Positions 10,853 through 21,070 of a DNA stretch of 64,000 bases are shown piece after piece. The DNA lies in the NCBI GenBank assembly GCA_025061115.1, contig JANZKC010000002.1:416001-480000 (forward strand), read 5' to 3'. The position numbers were made by a program, and so were the translations under genes. How positions within the stretch are numbered: position 1 is the stretch's first letter; the number at the start of each line of letters is the position of its first letter. Under the pieces are notes generated by a model. The model had not been told where the DNA came from and did no database searches. It saw nothing but the letters and a program-made list of their open reading frames with translations. The DNA is from Candidatus Culexmicrobium cathedralense. GTDB lineage: Archaea > Thermoproteota > Methanomethylicia > Culexarchaeales > Culexmicrobiaceae.

Positions 10853-11920
10853 GACTTTCACCTCCCCCAATAGATGCTTCAAGAGAAGCAATTCCAATTC
10901 TCCTCTTCACAAAGCCCTTCATTTCAAGCCAGCCCATAACGCCTTCAGGCATCATCAAAGTTATAACTGCCAGTATTATGCCCAGCACAAGCACGTGAAG
11001 GCCATAGTACCTCGGAAACCTAGCCACTATCTGTGCTCTCACATACTCAGTTATTGGCATGAATATGAAGGACCCAACTATTGGACCTACAAAAGTGTAT
11101 ATGCCGCCTAAAATACCTGCAACAACTATGTAAACTGAAATCGTAATCAAGTCAAAAACGGCGAAGGGATCAATAAATCGGAACCTAACAGTATATAAGC
11201 CTCCTCCAATCCCAGTGAAGAACGCGCTTATGAACATTGCTATCATCTTATACTTAAAAGGGTTTATTCCAACGCTCATAGCAGCAAACTCGTCCTCCCT
11301 TATTGCTTGAAGGTAAAAGCCAATCTTGCTGTTAACAACTGCATGCAAAACAACGACCTCCAAAGCTAAAATTCCAATTGCAATATAAGCATAAACGAAG
11401 GGGCCAGCGTACTGCAGGTAGTATAGGGAAAGCTCAGGAGAAACTATTGGAGGTTGAAGGCCAGCTGCACCTCCAACCCATTCCCACGAAATGAAAATCA
11501 GCTTGAAAATCTCCGTAGCAGCTATAGTGGCTAAAGTAAACCAGTGGCTTTTAAGCCTAAAAAGGGAACACCCAATGCTAAACCCGTAAGCGCGGCTATG
11601 AAGCCTCCAATAAACATTCCAATCCAAGGCGTAATTCCAAAGTAGAGGATCAAGATCATTGTGACGTAAGCTCCAACCCCAAAGAAAATTGCATGCCCAA
11701 AGCTCATCTGACCTCCATAGCCCGCAAGTATGTTCCAAGCCATAGCCAAAATGGAGTATAGCAAGCATAGGAATAGGGTGTTGGCTGGAAAAGGCAAGTC
11801 GACAAGATAGAAGAACAGCGGTAGAACTAAGAGAGTAGCAGATATGGCTATTAGGATTAAGCCTCTAACCCCCTTGAACTGCCCCCTAATCATGTCGAAT
11901 GCCCTATACATCCTAATCAC
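10833..11920 (-). pseudogene. livM: LivM permease, frameshifted near 11563
   Basis: ORFs 11531-11920 (WNILAGYGGQMSFGH) and 10833-11768 (AIREDEFAA..G..P) join as LGVPLFRLKSHWF if one C is added to a C-run. Confidence 0.85.
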
Positions 11921-12800
11921 AACCCTAATTTAGCTCCGAAAAGCCCAGTAGGCCTCACGAGAATCATGATTATGAAGAGCCCAAATGCAACCACATCCTT
12001 CAGCGTTGGAGGTATGAATAGCGCACTGACGCATTCGGCAATTCCAATGATCATGCCACTCACGTAGGCCCCAAAATGCTCCCAAAACCACCGAAGACCA
12101 CTATTATGAAGGCAATTAGGCAGAAGAAGGCGCCCATTTCGGGGTGAATGGGGTAGAAGGTTGAAAGCAGCGATCCTCCAACAGCCAAAATCCCAACTCC
12201 AATTCCGAAGGCAAGCCAGTACATCCTCTTAACATTTATGCCGAGAAGCTTAGCAGCCTCCCTATTTTGAGCCACAGCCCTCAACGCTATTCCAATATAC
12301 GTTTTCTTCAAAAATAGGTAGAGAAGGACAGTAATTACGACCGATGCTATAAAGGCTATGCCCCTAGTCAACGGCATGATTATGAAGCCAAAGCGAAGTA
12401 TAGTTCCAGTGTAGCTGGTTACAACCCTCCTTGTAAAGGGGCCGAAAGCCACTTCAGCTCCATAACGTATGATAAGCAGCAAAGCAAAGGTAGTTGCTAT
12501 TTGACTGACCATCGGAGCTTCAAGTATTTTCTCAATAATAACCTTCTGAGTAATAAATCCAAGCGAGAACACCACGAGAAAGGATATTGGAAGGCTTAGG
12601 AGAGGATCTACGCCAGCAAGCGCTAAAAGCCAGTAGGTTGTGAATGCTCCAAGCATCATGAAGTCTCCCTGAGCGAAGTTAATCACATCCATAACACCCC
12701 AAATTAAAGCTAGGCCCATGGCTATAAGGGAATAAACGCTTCCGATCAGCACCCCATTAATAATCGCACTTATCAAGTCCTCAAGCCCAACCACGTACAA
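11917..12800 (-). pseudogene. livH: LivH permease, frameshifted near 12070
   Basis: GVMDVINFAQG; the missing C-terminus GAYVSGMIIGIAE...VRPTGLFG is in another frame after a T/G run and ends at TGA 11917. Confidence 0.85.
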
Positions 12801-12880
12801 GCCCTATCCTCCATCACATTTTAAACGCATCTAGCCGACAATAACCTAGCAAAATAAATAAATGAGAAATTTAATGGCCA

Positions 12881-12965
12881 CTAGCCTCCTCTCTCGCCCC
12901 AAGGAGGCATCGGAAATATCGGATCAGTAGTTGCAAGCTCAGGCGGATAAACAAAGTTGAGTTGA
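12881..12965 (-). pseudogene. 3' remnant of a LivK-type substrate-binding protein gene
   Basis: Manual translation FVYPPELATTDPIFPMPPWGERGG* matches the typical C-terminus of these SBPs; the rest of the gene is absent. Confidence 0.7.
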
Positions 12966-12977
12966 ATGGGGTTCGAA

Positions 12978-13991
12978 ATGAGCAATCTTCAATCAATTGG
13001 AAGCACAGTAGATAGACTGGTCGCTGTAGATATTGGAGGTAGAGGAGTTATAGACTACCTTTACGAAGCAGCGAGAAAAATTTTCGAAAAGCCCCTAACG
13101 CTCAAAGCTGCGGAGGAAATTAAAGAAGCTGCAAAACCCGGATGCACAGCAATCATCATGACTGGATTTAGAATGCCACCCCACGACATTCAAGAAACAG
13201 ATGGGCCGCCAGGAGCAGCTTCACTTGCAAGAGCACTAAGCTTAGCTCTTGAAGTTCAGCCAGTAATGCTAACAGAGCCAGTGGAGCAGTCTTTCAAAAT
13301 ACTCGAGGCAGCAGCTTCAGGCTACAGCTTAAACGTCGTAAATTTGGATAGACTCCTCAAGGAAAAACTCAAAGCTTCAACGTGCATTTTAGGCTTCACC
13401 ATGAACGAGAAAGAAGCCTATGAAGAAGCTAAAAAGCTACTGGACAACCTAAAGCCGTCCGTGATAATAGCAATAGAGAAGGTGGGAAGAAATCCTAAAG
13501 GAGAATACCACACAATGAACGGCTTAAACGTAACTAAGACTCACAGCAAAGTAGAGTTCATAGTCAGTGAAGCACGCAAAAGAGGCATTCTCACAGTGGC
13601 AATTGGAGATGGAGGAAATGAAGTTGGAATGGGATTGATAGCGGATGCCGTTAAGAAGTATGTGCCATATGGAGCAGTATGCAGATGCCCCTGCAAGGGA
13701 GGAATAGCCGCGGAGTCAAAAGCCGATGTTCTCATACCATCCTCAATATCGAATTGGGGCGGCTATGGAATTTCAGCCATGCTAGCAATACTCTCAGGGA
13801 AAGCTATTGCCATGCATGGACCCGAAGATGAGAAGAGAGCATTAAATCTAATTGTGAAGGAAGGAGCTCTTGACAGCTCTTCATACTTAACCGAACCTTC
13901 AGTTGATGGAGTGAGCTTAGCAAGCCATGTAGCAGTAGTCACAATGCTCAAGGAAATAGTAAAGAAAAGAGCAAAGTGGATTGAAATTTAA
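12978..13991 (+). CDS. D-glutamate cyclase family protein (DUF4392)
   Basis: ETDGPPGA, IEKVGRN..G.YH, IGDGGNEVGMG and SNWG motifs. Confidence 0.88.
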   Translation: MSNLQSIGSTVDRLVAVDIGGRGVIDYLYEAARKIFEKPLTLKAAEEIKEAAKPGCTAIIMTGFRMPPHDIQETDGPPGAASLARALSLALEVQPVMLTEPVEQSFKILEAAASGYSLNVVNLDRLLKEKLKASTCILGFTMNEKEAYEEAKKLLDNLKPSVIIAIEKVGRNPKGEYHTMNGLNVTKTHSKVEFIVSEARKRGILTVAIGDGGNEVGMGLIADAVKKYVPYGAVCRCPCKGGIAAESKADVLIPSSISNWGGYGISAMLAILSGKAIAMHGPEDEKRALNLIVKEGALDSSSYLTEPSVDGVSLASHVAVVTMLKEIVKKRAKWIEI

Positions 13992-15028
13992 AGCTTAACG
14001 TACTTCCTCAAATCCTCTGGCGTACCCGATGGCACAGTGATGTCCTTCATTGTGATTAAGCCTGGGGGAGCAGTCAGAACCTTAGGTATCATGTTTATAA
14101 CCATGCCTACAGTGCCCCAATCGCCATGGACACATGGAGATATTTTCTCGTGAATTGGAGGCACACCCTCAATGTCGATTGAATCATACTCCTCAGGCGC
14201 ACCCACATAAGCCCTGAAATCCAAAACAATGACATCCTTACCTCCCATTATCCCCCTCGCAATCTGCTTCAAGCCTGCAGCTTGACCAGGCTTCACATCA
14301 ACATAGTCGGTTTTCACTGGCTTCTCAGCAATCACTGGCTCCACAGGCTCAACCACTATTTTATCGAGATCCCACCCTAAAGCTGCAGCTATTAAAGAAA
14401 TGCTCTGCTCCAAGCCCACGTGCCCAGTTATCTCCTTAGCTTCAATCTTCCTCTTAAACTCCTCAACAGTCAGCCCAGCTCCAATCTTCTTCTGGAATGG
14501 ACCTCTCCTAGTGGATGCATTTATCACTCTACTTATCGTTATCTTGTCTATCTTCACGCATGGAGCCGTCAAAGTAATGGCAAGAGTATCCATGAGGAAG
14601 CCCGGATTAATTCCAGTGCCTAGAACAGTGCAGCCATGCTTCTTAGCAAGCTCATCCAACGCCTTCGCCTTCTTAACATCAACGTAGTACGGGTACGAAA
14701 GCTCCTCACATGTTGAAACGATGCTCACACCATGCTTAATTATGCCTACAAGCTGATCGAAAACGTCTTTTAAGTAGGAGCTCGTCATGTGAAGTACCAC
14801 GTGAGGCTTCGTCTCCGACAATACCTTGTCAGGATCATTTGAAATTATGACTCCCAGCTTCCTGCCCAGCCCCAGTACCTCTCCCAAGTCCTTGCCAACC
14901 TTGTTGGGGTCAACATCTATAGCGCCAACAATTTCAACGCCATCCTTCTCCAGCAAAGTCCTCGCAGCAAGTCTCCCTATCGCACCCACACCATAAATTA
15001 CTACCCTTATTTTCTCCATGGACTTCAC
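13988..15028 (-). CDS. NAD(P)-dependent amine dehydrogenase, 2,4-diaminopentanoate dehydrogenase (Ord)/DapB-like family
   Basis: GVGAIG Rossmann motif, STCEELSYP, GTGINPGFLMD, GHVG and GD..T. Confidence 0.85.
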   Translation of the reverse strand: MKSMEKIRVVIYGVGAIGRLAARTLLEKDGVEIVGAIDVDPNKVGKDLGEVLGLGRKLGVIISNDPDKVLSETKPHVVLHMTSSYLKDVFDQLVGIIKHGVSIVSTCEELSYPYYVDVKKAKALDELAKKHGCTVLGTGINPGFLMDTLAITLTAPCVKIDKITISRVINASTRRGPFQKKIGAGLTVEEFKRKIEAKEITGHVGLEQSISLIAAALGWDLDKIVVEPVEPVIAEKPVKTDYVDVKPGQAAGLKQIARGIMGGKDVIVLDFRAYVGAPEEYDSIDIEGVPPIHEKISPCVHGDWGTVGMVINMIPKVLTAPPGLITMKDITVPSGTPEDLRKYVKL

Positions 15029-15136
15029 CTACAACAGAAACATCGACAAATGATATGTGTGCAACGTATAAAAGCATAACGAGAAATAAAGCAAGGTAAG
15101 GCGGCTTGAAGGATAATTCAAAATATGTCTTCAAAG

Positions 15137-15214
15137 TGGCGGGCCCGGTGGGATTCGAACCCACGACCAACGGCTTAGGAGGCCGCTGCTCTATCCTGGC
15201 TGAGCTACGGGCCC
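15137..15214 (-). tRNA. tRNA-Arg(CCT), CCA encoded
   Basis: GGGCCCG...GCGGC-CT-CCT-AA-GCCGT...CGGGCCCGCCA. Confidence 0.97.
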
Positions 15215-15256
15215 AATACAAGATTGAGCATTAAGGGTCTAATTAGGTTTTCCGAC

Positions 15257-15577
15257 TTATAAGGACTTACCCTTCTTTGACCCCAACCAATCCAAGAACT
15301 CCGGCATCGAGCTGAAAACTATGGGTTCAGGCTGCTTCTTCAATTGAACCTCCACCCTCTCCACCTCAAGCGAGTTCAGCACTTCGTGTGGAGCCTTAGA
15401 GCCAAAGGCTCTAGACCACTCAACTACATTGAAGTTCTTATCCCTAGCTCGTATCAAGCCATCCATTGAAAGGATGTACTTAAAGTTCTTGAAGAAGAAG
15501 TAGGCTCTCCCCCTAATCATCCTCAAAATTCTAAAAATCTCCATAACCTGCTCATGGGTTATGCGAGGCATCCTCAA
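15257..15577 (-). CDS. Hypothetical protein
   Basis: 106-aa ORF directly downstream of hisS in the same operon, with host-like codon usage. Confidence 0.7.
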   Translation of the reverse strand: MRMPRITHEQVMEIFRILRMIRGRAYFFFKNFKYILSMDGLIRARDKNFNVVEWSRAFGSKAPHEVLNSLEVERVEVQLKKQPEPIVFSSMPEFLDWLGSKKGKSL

Positions 15578-15580
15578 ACC

Positions 15581-16882
15581 CTAACTAATCTTCTCCTTCA
15601 ACATATTAATAGCCTCCCCCAAGGTAACTTCAAACTGCACATTAGCGCTTAAATCCTTCAATACAATTTTCCCTCTCTCAGCTTCCTTAGCCCCCACAAT
15701 GATGGCGTGAGAGAAACCACGAGAATTCGCATAGGATAAGGCTTTCCTTAAGCTTCTCCCAAAAACCTCAAGTTCAGCCATGACGTTGTTCTCCCTCAAT
15801 TCATGAGCCACCTTTAAAGCGCGAATCCTCATGTCCTCGCTAGTCGAAACCACGTAAACTTTAACCTTCCTCTCCTCCTTAAACGGAATCTTAAGCTCCT
15901 CCATGGCGAGAACTATCCTATCCAGCCCAGGAGCATAACCAACAGCAGGTGTAGGCTCGCCGCCGAAGAGCTCTATAAGCTTGTCATAGCGCCCTCCACC
16001 TCCCAAAGCTATTCTAAAGCCAGGAACAAAAACCTCGAAAATCATTCCAGTATAATACTCTAATCCCCTAGCAAAGCTGAAATCCACGAAAAGCCTTCCA
16101 CTCAAGCCGCATGCAATGCAGTACCCTATCACCCTCTTGAAGTTCTCAAGCTCAAGCAAAGCCTTTTCATAATCCGCTAAAAGCTCCTCCGCTTCTCCCA
16201 ATAACTTCGCCGCATCATATCCCTTAAGTGAAAAGAGAGCTTCAGCAACCTCCAAGCACTTACTCGAAACCTTTAACTCTTCAAGCACGCTTAAAGACTC
16301 CTCAATTCTCCCCTTATCCATCAACCCGAAAATCCTATTTTGATCAGGCTCAGCAACCCCCTCAGCCCCAAGAAAAGCCCTCATAATGCCCACATGCCCC
16401 AACTTTAAGTAGTGATTTTCAAATCCAAGCCTCCTCATTAAAGCGTCGGCAATATCCAGAATTTCAGCGTCAGCCTCAGGCTCCCTCGAACCTATGAGCT
16501 CAAATCCACCCTGCCAAAACTCTCTATACCTACCATATTGAGGCTCATCATACCTGAAGCAGTTGGCAATGTAGCCCAGCCTAACCGGCTTAGGCCTCCC
16601 CAACATGTTGTTAATATAGAAGCGCGCAATGGGAGCAGTCATTTCAGGCCTAAGAGCAACTTTCCTCCCACCCAAGTCAGTGAAGACATACATCCTCTGC
16701 CTAATCTCCTCACCAGACTTAGCTGCCAAAAGCTCAAAGGACTCTAAAGTTGGAGTCATAACCTCCATATAACCGTATAGGGAGAATAACTGCCTAACCA
16801 CCCTCTTCACGTAGTTGAGCTTCTCCATATCTTCAGGCAAGTAATCCCTTAAGCCTCTTAACCGCCTGAACTTCCTGCCCAA
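15581..16882 (-). CDS. hisS: Histidine--tRNA ligase
   Basis: RGLRD, LRPEMT, FRYDEPQYGRYREFWQ, RGLEYYTG and GGGRYD. Confidence 0.97.
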   Translation of the reverse strand: MGRKFRRLRGLRDYLPEDMEKLNYVKRVVRQLFSLYGYMEVMTPTLESFELLAAKSGEEIRQRMYVFTDLGGRKVALRPEMTAPIARFYINNMLGRPKPVRLGYIANCFRYDEPQYGRYREFWQGGFELIGSREPEADAEILDIADALMRRLGFENHYLKLGHVGIMRAFLGAEGVAEPDQNRIFGLMDKGRIEESLSVLEELKVSSKCLEVAEALFSLKGYDAAKLLGEAEELLADYEKALLELENFKRVIGYCIACGLSGRLFVDFSFARGLEYYTGMIFEVFVPGFRIALGGGGRYDKLIELFGGEPTPAVGYAPGLDRIVLAMEELKIPFKEERKVKVYVVSTSEDMRIRALKVAHELRENNVMAELEVFGRSLRKALSYANSRGFSHAIIVGAKEAERGKIVLKDLSANVQFEVTLGEAINMLKEKIS

Positions 16883-16904
16883 GCTGCAACCCTCACCGCA
16901 ATAA

Positions 16905-17765
16905 TTAAGAAATCAAACCTTTAAAACCTCCTAGAAAAGTAGCCACCATGGCCAAGAGCATGTAAAGTAAAATGCGCTTCTTAACTGCCCTTGCAGTCAA
17001 CTCGGTGGGGCTCCGAGCAAGCCTCAGCGAATCAATAAGAAATCCAGCCGCAGACAATGCAAAGAAGGGCAAATATATCCACCAGACAAGCCCCAGCAAT
17101 ATCGGGGCAAAGCCAATTGCAACAGCCGACAAGTAAAATAGCGATGAAAGCTTCCCGGCAAACTGCTTTCCACGAGAAATTGCAATAGTCTTCACTCCCC
17201 TAACCCTATCCCCCTCCACATCTATTATCCCCTTAGTGACCTCCCTCCCAGTATTAGCTAGAAAAGCCGCCAAGGAAAGGATTTGAAGTAGCAGAGAACC
17301 CCCAGACTTCACCGCAAAAGACCCATATAAAAATGGAAGGGCAACGCAAAAGCTAACCATGAAATTCCCAAGCAGCCCGAACTTCTTCCCCTCAGCATTA
17401 TAGATAGTCGAAATAATTAGGGAAGCAACTGCCAAAACAAGGCACTCAAAGTTCAACTGGAAAGAAGCAACAACACCCACAATGGCAAAGAACACTGCAT
17501 ACAGAATGGCCTCATTCCTCCTAATCAAGCCGCTCGGAAGAGGCCTCCAAGGAGCATTCACCAAGTCCACCTGAAAGTCAAAGTAGTCATTAACCACCAT
17601 TGAGGCAGCAGTCAAAGCAAACGCGGTAACGAAACCTAGAATCAAAGTATAAATGTCCGGAAAGCCCTGCAATGCAACAAGCTCGCTTAGAACGACGGCA
17701 ATCCCCATCATGACGCAGTTGACCGGCCTAATGATCCTTAAAAACGCCGCAAGCCTGCTAGCCAT
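16905..17765 (-). CDS. Digeranylgeranylglyceryl phosphate synthase (UbiA family)
   Basis: RPVN, NDYFDFQVDLVNAPWRPLPSG and REVTKGIIDVEGD. Confidence 0.9.
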   Translation of the reverse strand: MASRLAAFLRIIRPVNCVMMGIAVVLSELVALQGFPDIYTLILGFVTAFALTAASMVVNDYFDFQVDLVNAPWRPLPSGLIRRNEAILYAVFFAIVGVVASFQLNFECLVLAVASLIISTIYNAEGKKFGLLGNFMVSFCVALPFLYGSFAVKSGGSLLLQILSLAAFLANTGREVTKGIIDVEGDRVRGVKTIAISRGKQFAGKLSSLFYLSAVAIGFAPILLGLVWWIYLPFFALSAAGFLIDSLRLARSPTELTARAVKKRILLYMLLAMVATFLGGFKGLIS

Positions 17766-17773
17766 GAAACCAC

Positions 17774-18298
17774 CTACAGCGTTACTAGAGTAACGTCATA
17801 GTATGTCACTTCACCCTGCCTATCAACGATAGCCAATATCAAGTCCTTTCTCGCGCTCCTCGCCTCCCTAATCATCCTAGATAGGCTTGAAAGCTCTATG
17901 GGCTTCCCCTCAACAGCCCCATAAACCAGGTACTTAGCAGGCTCCTTACCCATAACAGCGCCCCGCCTATAAACTCTAAATGAAATTCCAGAGCCGAATC
18001 CCGGCTTCACAATATAGCCCCTACGCCTCAAGTCGGAGAAAATCAAGTACTTAACCCAAATGTCAGAGTCAAGCTTCAAAAAGTGATTAAGTAGAGCTTT
18101 AAAATCCAACTCCACCTCTCCTAGAAAAACCCTCAACTTACCCTGCTTAACCAAAAACAAAGCTTCAGGAGCAGAGACAACTAGAACGCCCTCCCTGAAC
18201 TCGCCATAGAACCCATAATTCCAAAGCTTAACCGCATCCTCACCCCTCACAACAACCCTCAGGCCCTCAAGCTCGCCAGAATACTTTTCCTCGGCCAA
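17774..18298 (-). CDS. endA: tRNA-splicing endonuclease subunit, probably the structural one
   Basis: DLRRRGYIVKPG..FRVY...ARK..ILAIVD..G.VTYY; the catalytic His position is Pro. Confidence 0.85.
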   Translation of the reverse strand: MAEEKYSGELEGLRVVVRGEDAVKLWNYGFYGEFREGVLVVSAPEALFLVKQGKLRVFLGEVELDFKALLNHFLKLDSDIWVKYLIFSDLRRRGYIVKPGFGSGISFRVYRRGAVMGKEPAKYLVYGAVEGKPIELSSLSRMIREARSARKDLILAIVDRQGEVTYYDVTLVTL

Positions 18299-18368
18299 CG
18301 TAAGTCCCTCACTACATCATTTCCACACCATTATATATTCGTTAATCCAACTTACAGGTGATGAAGCC

Positions 18369-18851
18369 ATGATTGAAGAGCTGAAGTCGAAACTCAAAAA
18401 TGCAAAGGGCATAGTCATCCTAGGAGTCGGAAATGAACTTAGAAGAGACGACGCCGTGGGATTAATCGTAGCCAGACAACTATCATCCAAAAAGCCGTCG
18501 GAAAGCGTGAAGGTGATCGAGTGCGGAGAAGTCCCGGAAAACTACCTTGGAGTAATTGAGAGAATCAAACCATCCCACGTCATAGTGGTGGATGCACTTG
18601 ACATGGGAGCCGAGCCGGGATCAATCGGAATAGTAACAAAGGAGCAGGTCGTCAGCTACCCAACCATATCAACGCATAAGCCATCCCCCCACATACTAAT
18701 AAGCTACATCGAAGAGGTCATAGGAGCCAAAGTAGTTATAATAGGCATACAGCCCGAAGACGTGAATTTCGGAGAAGGATTAACACCAAAAGTGGAAAAA
18801 GCAGCTAAAGCGCTAGTAGAAATGCTACTGAAAACACTTGGAGGTCCGTGA
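18369..18851 (+). CDS. Hydrogenase maturation endopeptidase (HycI-like)
   Basis: GVGNELRRDDAVG, PENY, VDA, STH and GIQP. Confidence 0.92.
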   Translation: MIEELKSKLKNAKGIVILGVGNELRRDDAVGLIVARQLSSKKPSESVKVIECGEVPENYLGVIERIKPSHVIVVDALDMGAEPGSIGIVTKEQVVSYPTISTHKPSPHILISYIEEVIGAKVVIIGIQPEDVNFGEGLTPKVEKAAKALVEMLLKTLGGP

Positions 18852-18855
18852 CGGC

Positions 18856-19905
18856 ATGCTCCCCAAAACCATTGAGTGGAAAAATGGAGTAGTAAGATTA
18901 ATCGACCAAACAAAGCTTCCTAGCAAGCTCGAGTTCATCGAGTGCAAGAATGCAGAAAGAATAGCCTCAGCAATAAGGAACATGGAAATCAGAGGGGCAC
19001 CGGCAATTGGAGCTGCAGCAGCAATGGCGCTGGCTCTAACCGCATATCACAGCAAAGCTGAAAGCGCAGATAAATTAATGAAGGAGCTAAAGGAGGCAGC
19101 GGAGCTCATTAGAAGCACAAGGCCAACTGCCAAAAACCTGTTCTGGGCAGTAGAGAGAGTTTTGAATGCCGCCGAAAAATGCCATGACAACCTAAATAGC
19201 ATGGTGAAAGCAGTAATTGACGAAGCCTTAAGAATAGCTGAAGAAGACGTCGAAGCAAATCTGGCAATAGGAATGCATGGAGCACAACTAATAGACGATG
19301 GAGACACAATACTAACGTACTGCAATGCAGGCTCGCTTGCAACAGTATACTATGGAACGGCTCTAGGAGTAATTAGGGCAGCCTGGACGCAGGGCAAAAA
19401 AATAAGAGTAATAGCTCCGGAAACCAGGCCCAAACTTCAAGGAGCAAGACTAACCTGCTTCGAGCTGCTTGAAGAAGGCATACCAGTAACGCTAATTACA
19501 GACAACTCAATCGGCTTTCTAATGCAGAAGGGAAAAATTGATAAGGTAATCGTCGGAGCCGACAGAATACTTCAAGATGGAACAACCTACAACAAAATCG
19601 GAACCTACACGATAGCGGTATTAGCCGAAAAGCACGGCATACCATTCTACGTTGCAGCTCCAACATCAACCTTCGACCTAACATCAACAAGAGATAAAGT
19701 GAAAATCGAAGAGAGAAGCCCAGATGAAGTTAGGAGGATATGCGGCTGCCAAATAGCTCCCGAAAGAGTCGACGTGATAAACTACGCATTCGACATGACT
19801 CCCCCAGAACTAATAACTGCAATAATAACCGAAGTTGGAGTGATACGCCCACCATATAGGGAAAGCATAGCTGAAATAATGGGAAAGGCAGGTCAAGTCA
19901 GCTGA
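18856..19905 (+). CDS. mtnA: Methylthioribose-1-phosphate isomerase (eIF2B-like family)
   Basis: IDQTKLP, IRGAPAIG, TRPTA.NL, CNAGSLAT, ETRP.LQGARLT and NKIGTY. Confidence 0.92.
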   Translation: MLPKTIEWKNGVVRLIDQTKLPSKLEFIECKNAERIASAIRNMEIRGAPAIGAAAAMALALTAYHSKAESADKLMKELKEAAELIRSTRPTAKNLFWAVERVLNAAEKCHDNLNSMVKAVIDEALRIAEEDVEANLAIGMHGAQLIDDGDTILTYCNAGSLATVYYGTALGVIRAAWTQGKKIRVIAPETRPKLQGARLTCFELLEEGIPVTLITDNSIGFLMQKGKIDKVIVGADRILQDGTTYNKIGTYTIAVLAEKHGIPFYVAAPTSTFDLTSTRDKVKIEERSPDEVRRICGCQIAPERVDVINYAFDMTPPELITAIITEVGVIRPPYRESIAEIMGKAGQVS

Positions 19906-20659
19906 GCCCGGACTCCACGAGGCGCATAAACCTCAACGCATCCTCAGCCATGTGGACGTTATTGAAAAGAACATAAACCTCCTTAAATCCCGACGACAGC
20001 AGCCCATCAACCTTAACAAGAAGAGCCCTCAAATCCTCATCAGTGTACTTGTACCTGTAATTAACCTCACCCCTCCCAATTCCATGCAGCCTAATATAGC
20101 AAATAGGATGACTCGAAACCGGATTCCTCCTAAACACGTCAACTGCATGAATAAGATTCAACGAATCACACAAATCCCTAACAACATCCAAGTGATCATT
20201 CCACGTCCCCCTAGGCTCCCAAGCAATGTTCAATCCATCCCGCTCAATGCTCGAAAAGAAATCCCTAACATTCTTAACATTCTCATCCGAAAAGCCAAAT
20301 GAAGGCGGAGTTTGAACCACGCAAACCCTAGCTTTAAGCGCTCGGCAAACCTCAAGAGTCCTCCTCCAAGCCTCAAAATTCTCCTCAGTAGGCCTCAGAA
20401 AACCATACCTATCCTCCCTGCCAGGCTCAGGCTTAATTCCAGCTCTCCTCCAAGTAGGGCTGCTGGGAGGATGAGTAATAACCTGCCAAGCCTTCAACGC
20501 AAATTCAAAGTCAGGCGGAGCAAGGCTACGCCAATTCATAGCAGTAGAAACCCTAGGCAACTTGTAAAACGTGCTCTGAAGCTCAATCAACTTAAACACT
20601 TGGAAGTAAGCTGCCTTACCACCCCTAACAGCCCAGCCACAACATCCAACCCTAATCAA
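19898..20659 (-). CDS. DUF72 family protein
   Basis: VGCCGW, ELQSTFY, QTPPSF, WEPRG, YIRLHG and FNN. Confidence 0.9.
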   Translation of the reverse strand: MIRVGCCGWAVRGGKAAYFQVFKLIELQSTFYKLPRVSTAMNWRSLAPPDFEFALKAWQVITHPPSSPTWRRAGIKPEPGREDRYGFLRPTEENFEAWRRTLEVCRALKARVCVVQTPPSFGFSDENVKNVRDFFSSIERDGLNIAWEPRGTWNDHLDVVRDLCDSLNLIHAVDVFRRNPVSSHPICYIRLHGIGRGEVNYRYKYTDEDLRALLVKVDGLLSSGFKEVYVLFNNVHMAEDALRFMRLVESGLS

Positions 20660-20756
20660 CACAACCACCAAATAATTTAACAGAGAAACAAAATAAAAAT
20701 CTGAAATAAACCAGCACACAACTTTTATTGGATGGAAAAATAAGAATTACGTGCAA

Positions 20757-20842
20757 GCGGGGGTGGCCGAGCGGCCAAAGGCGGCGGACTCAAGATCCGC
20801 TCCCGGAGGGGTTCGTGGGTTCAAATCCCACCCCCCGCACCA
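20757..20842 (+). tRNA. tRNA-Leu(CAA), CCA encoded
   Basis: GCGGGGG...GCGGA-CT-CAA-GA-TCCGC, long variable arm, ...CCCCCGCACCA. Confidence 0.97.
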
Positions 20843-21070
20843 CGATTCAAAGCCAGAAATAATCTCAATTTAAGCTCTTTTCGCTAGAAACTCACCTAAA
20901 TTCAAACTCGAACTTTGAACTGACCATATAATTTGCAGTTAAGTTCAAACCCTCACATTTGAATATGACCATGAACCCATTTGATAATAGATAGATAATA
21001 GAGAAGGTTGGATTAAGCCATAATTACTTAAGGGTTTATTTTAACTAAGGAACTATGGCTTGACGGTTAG

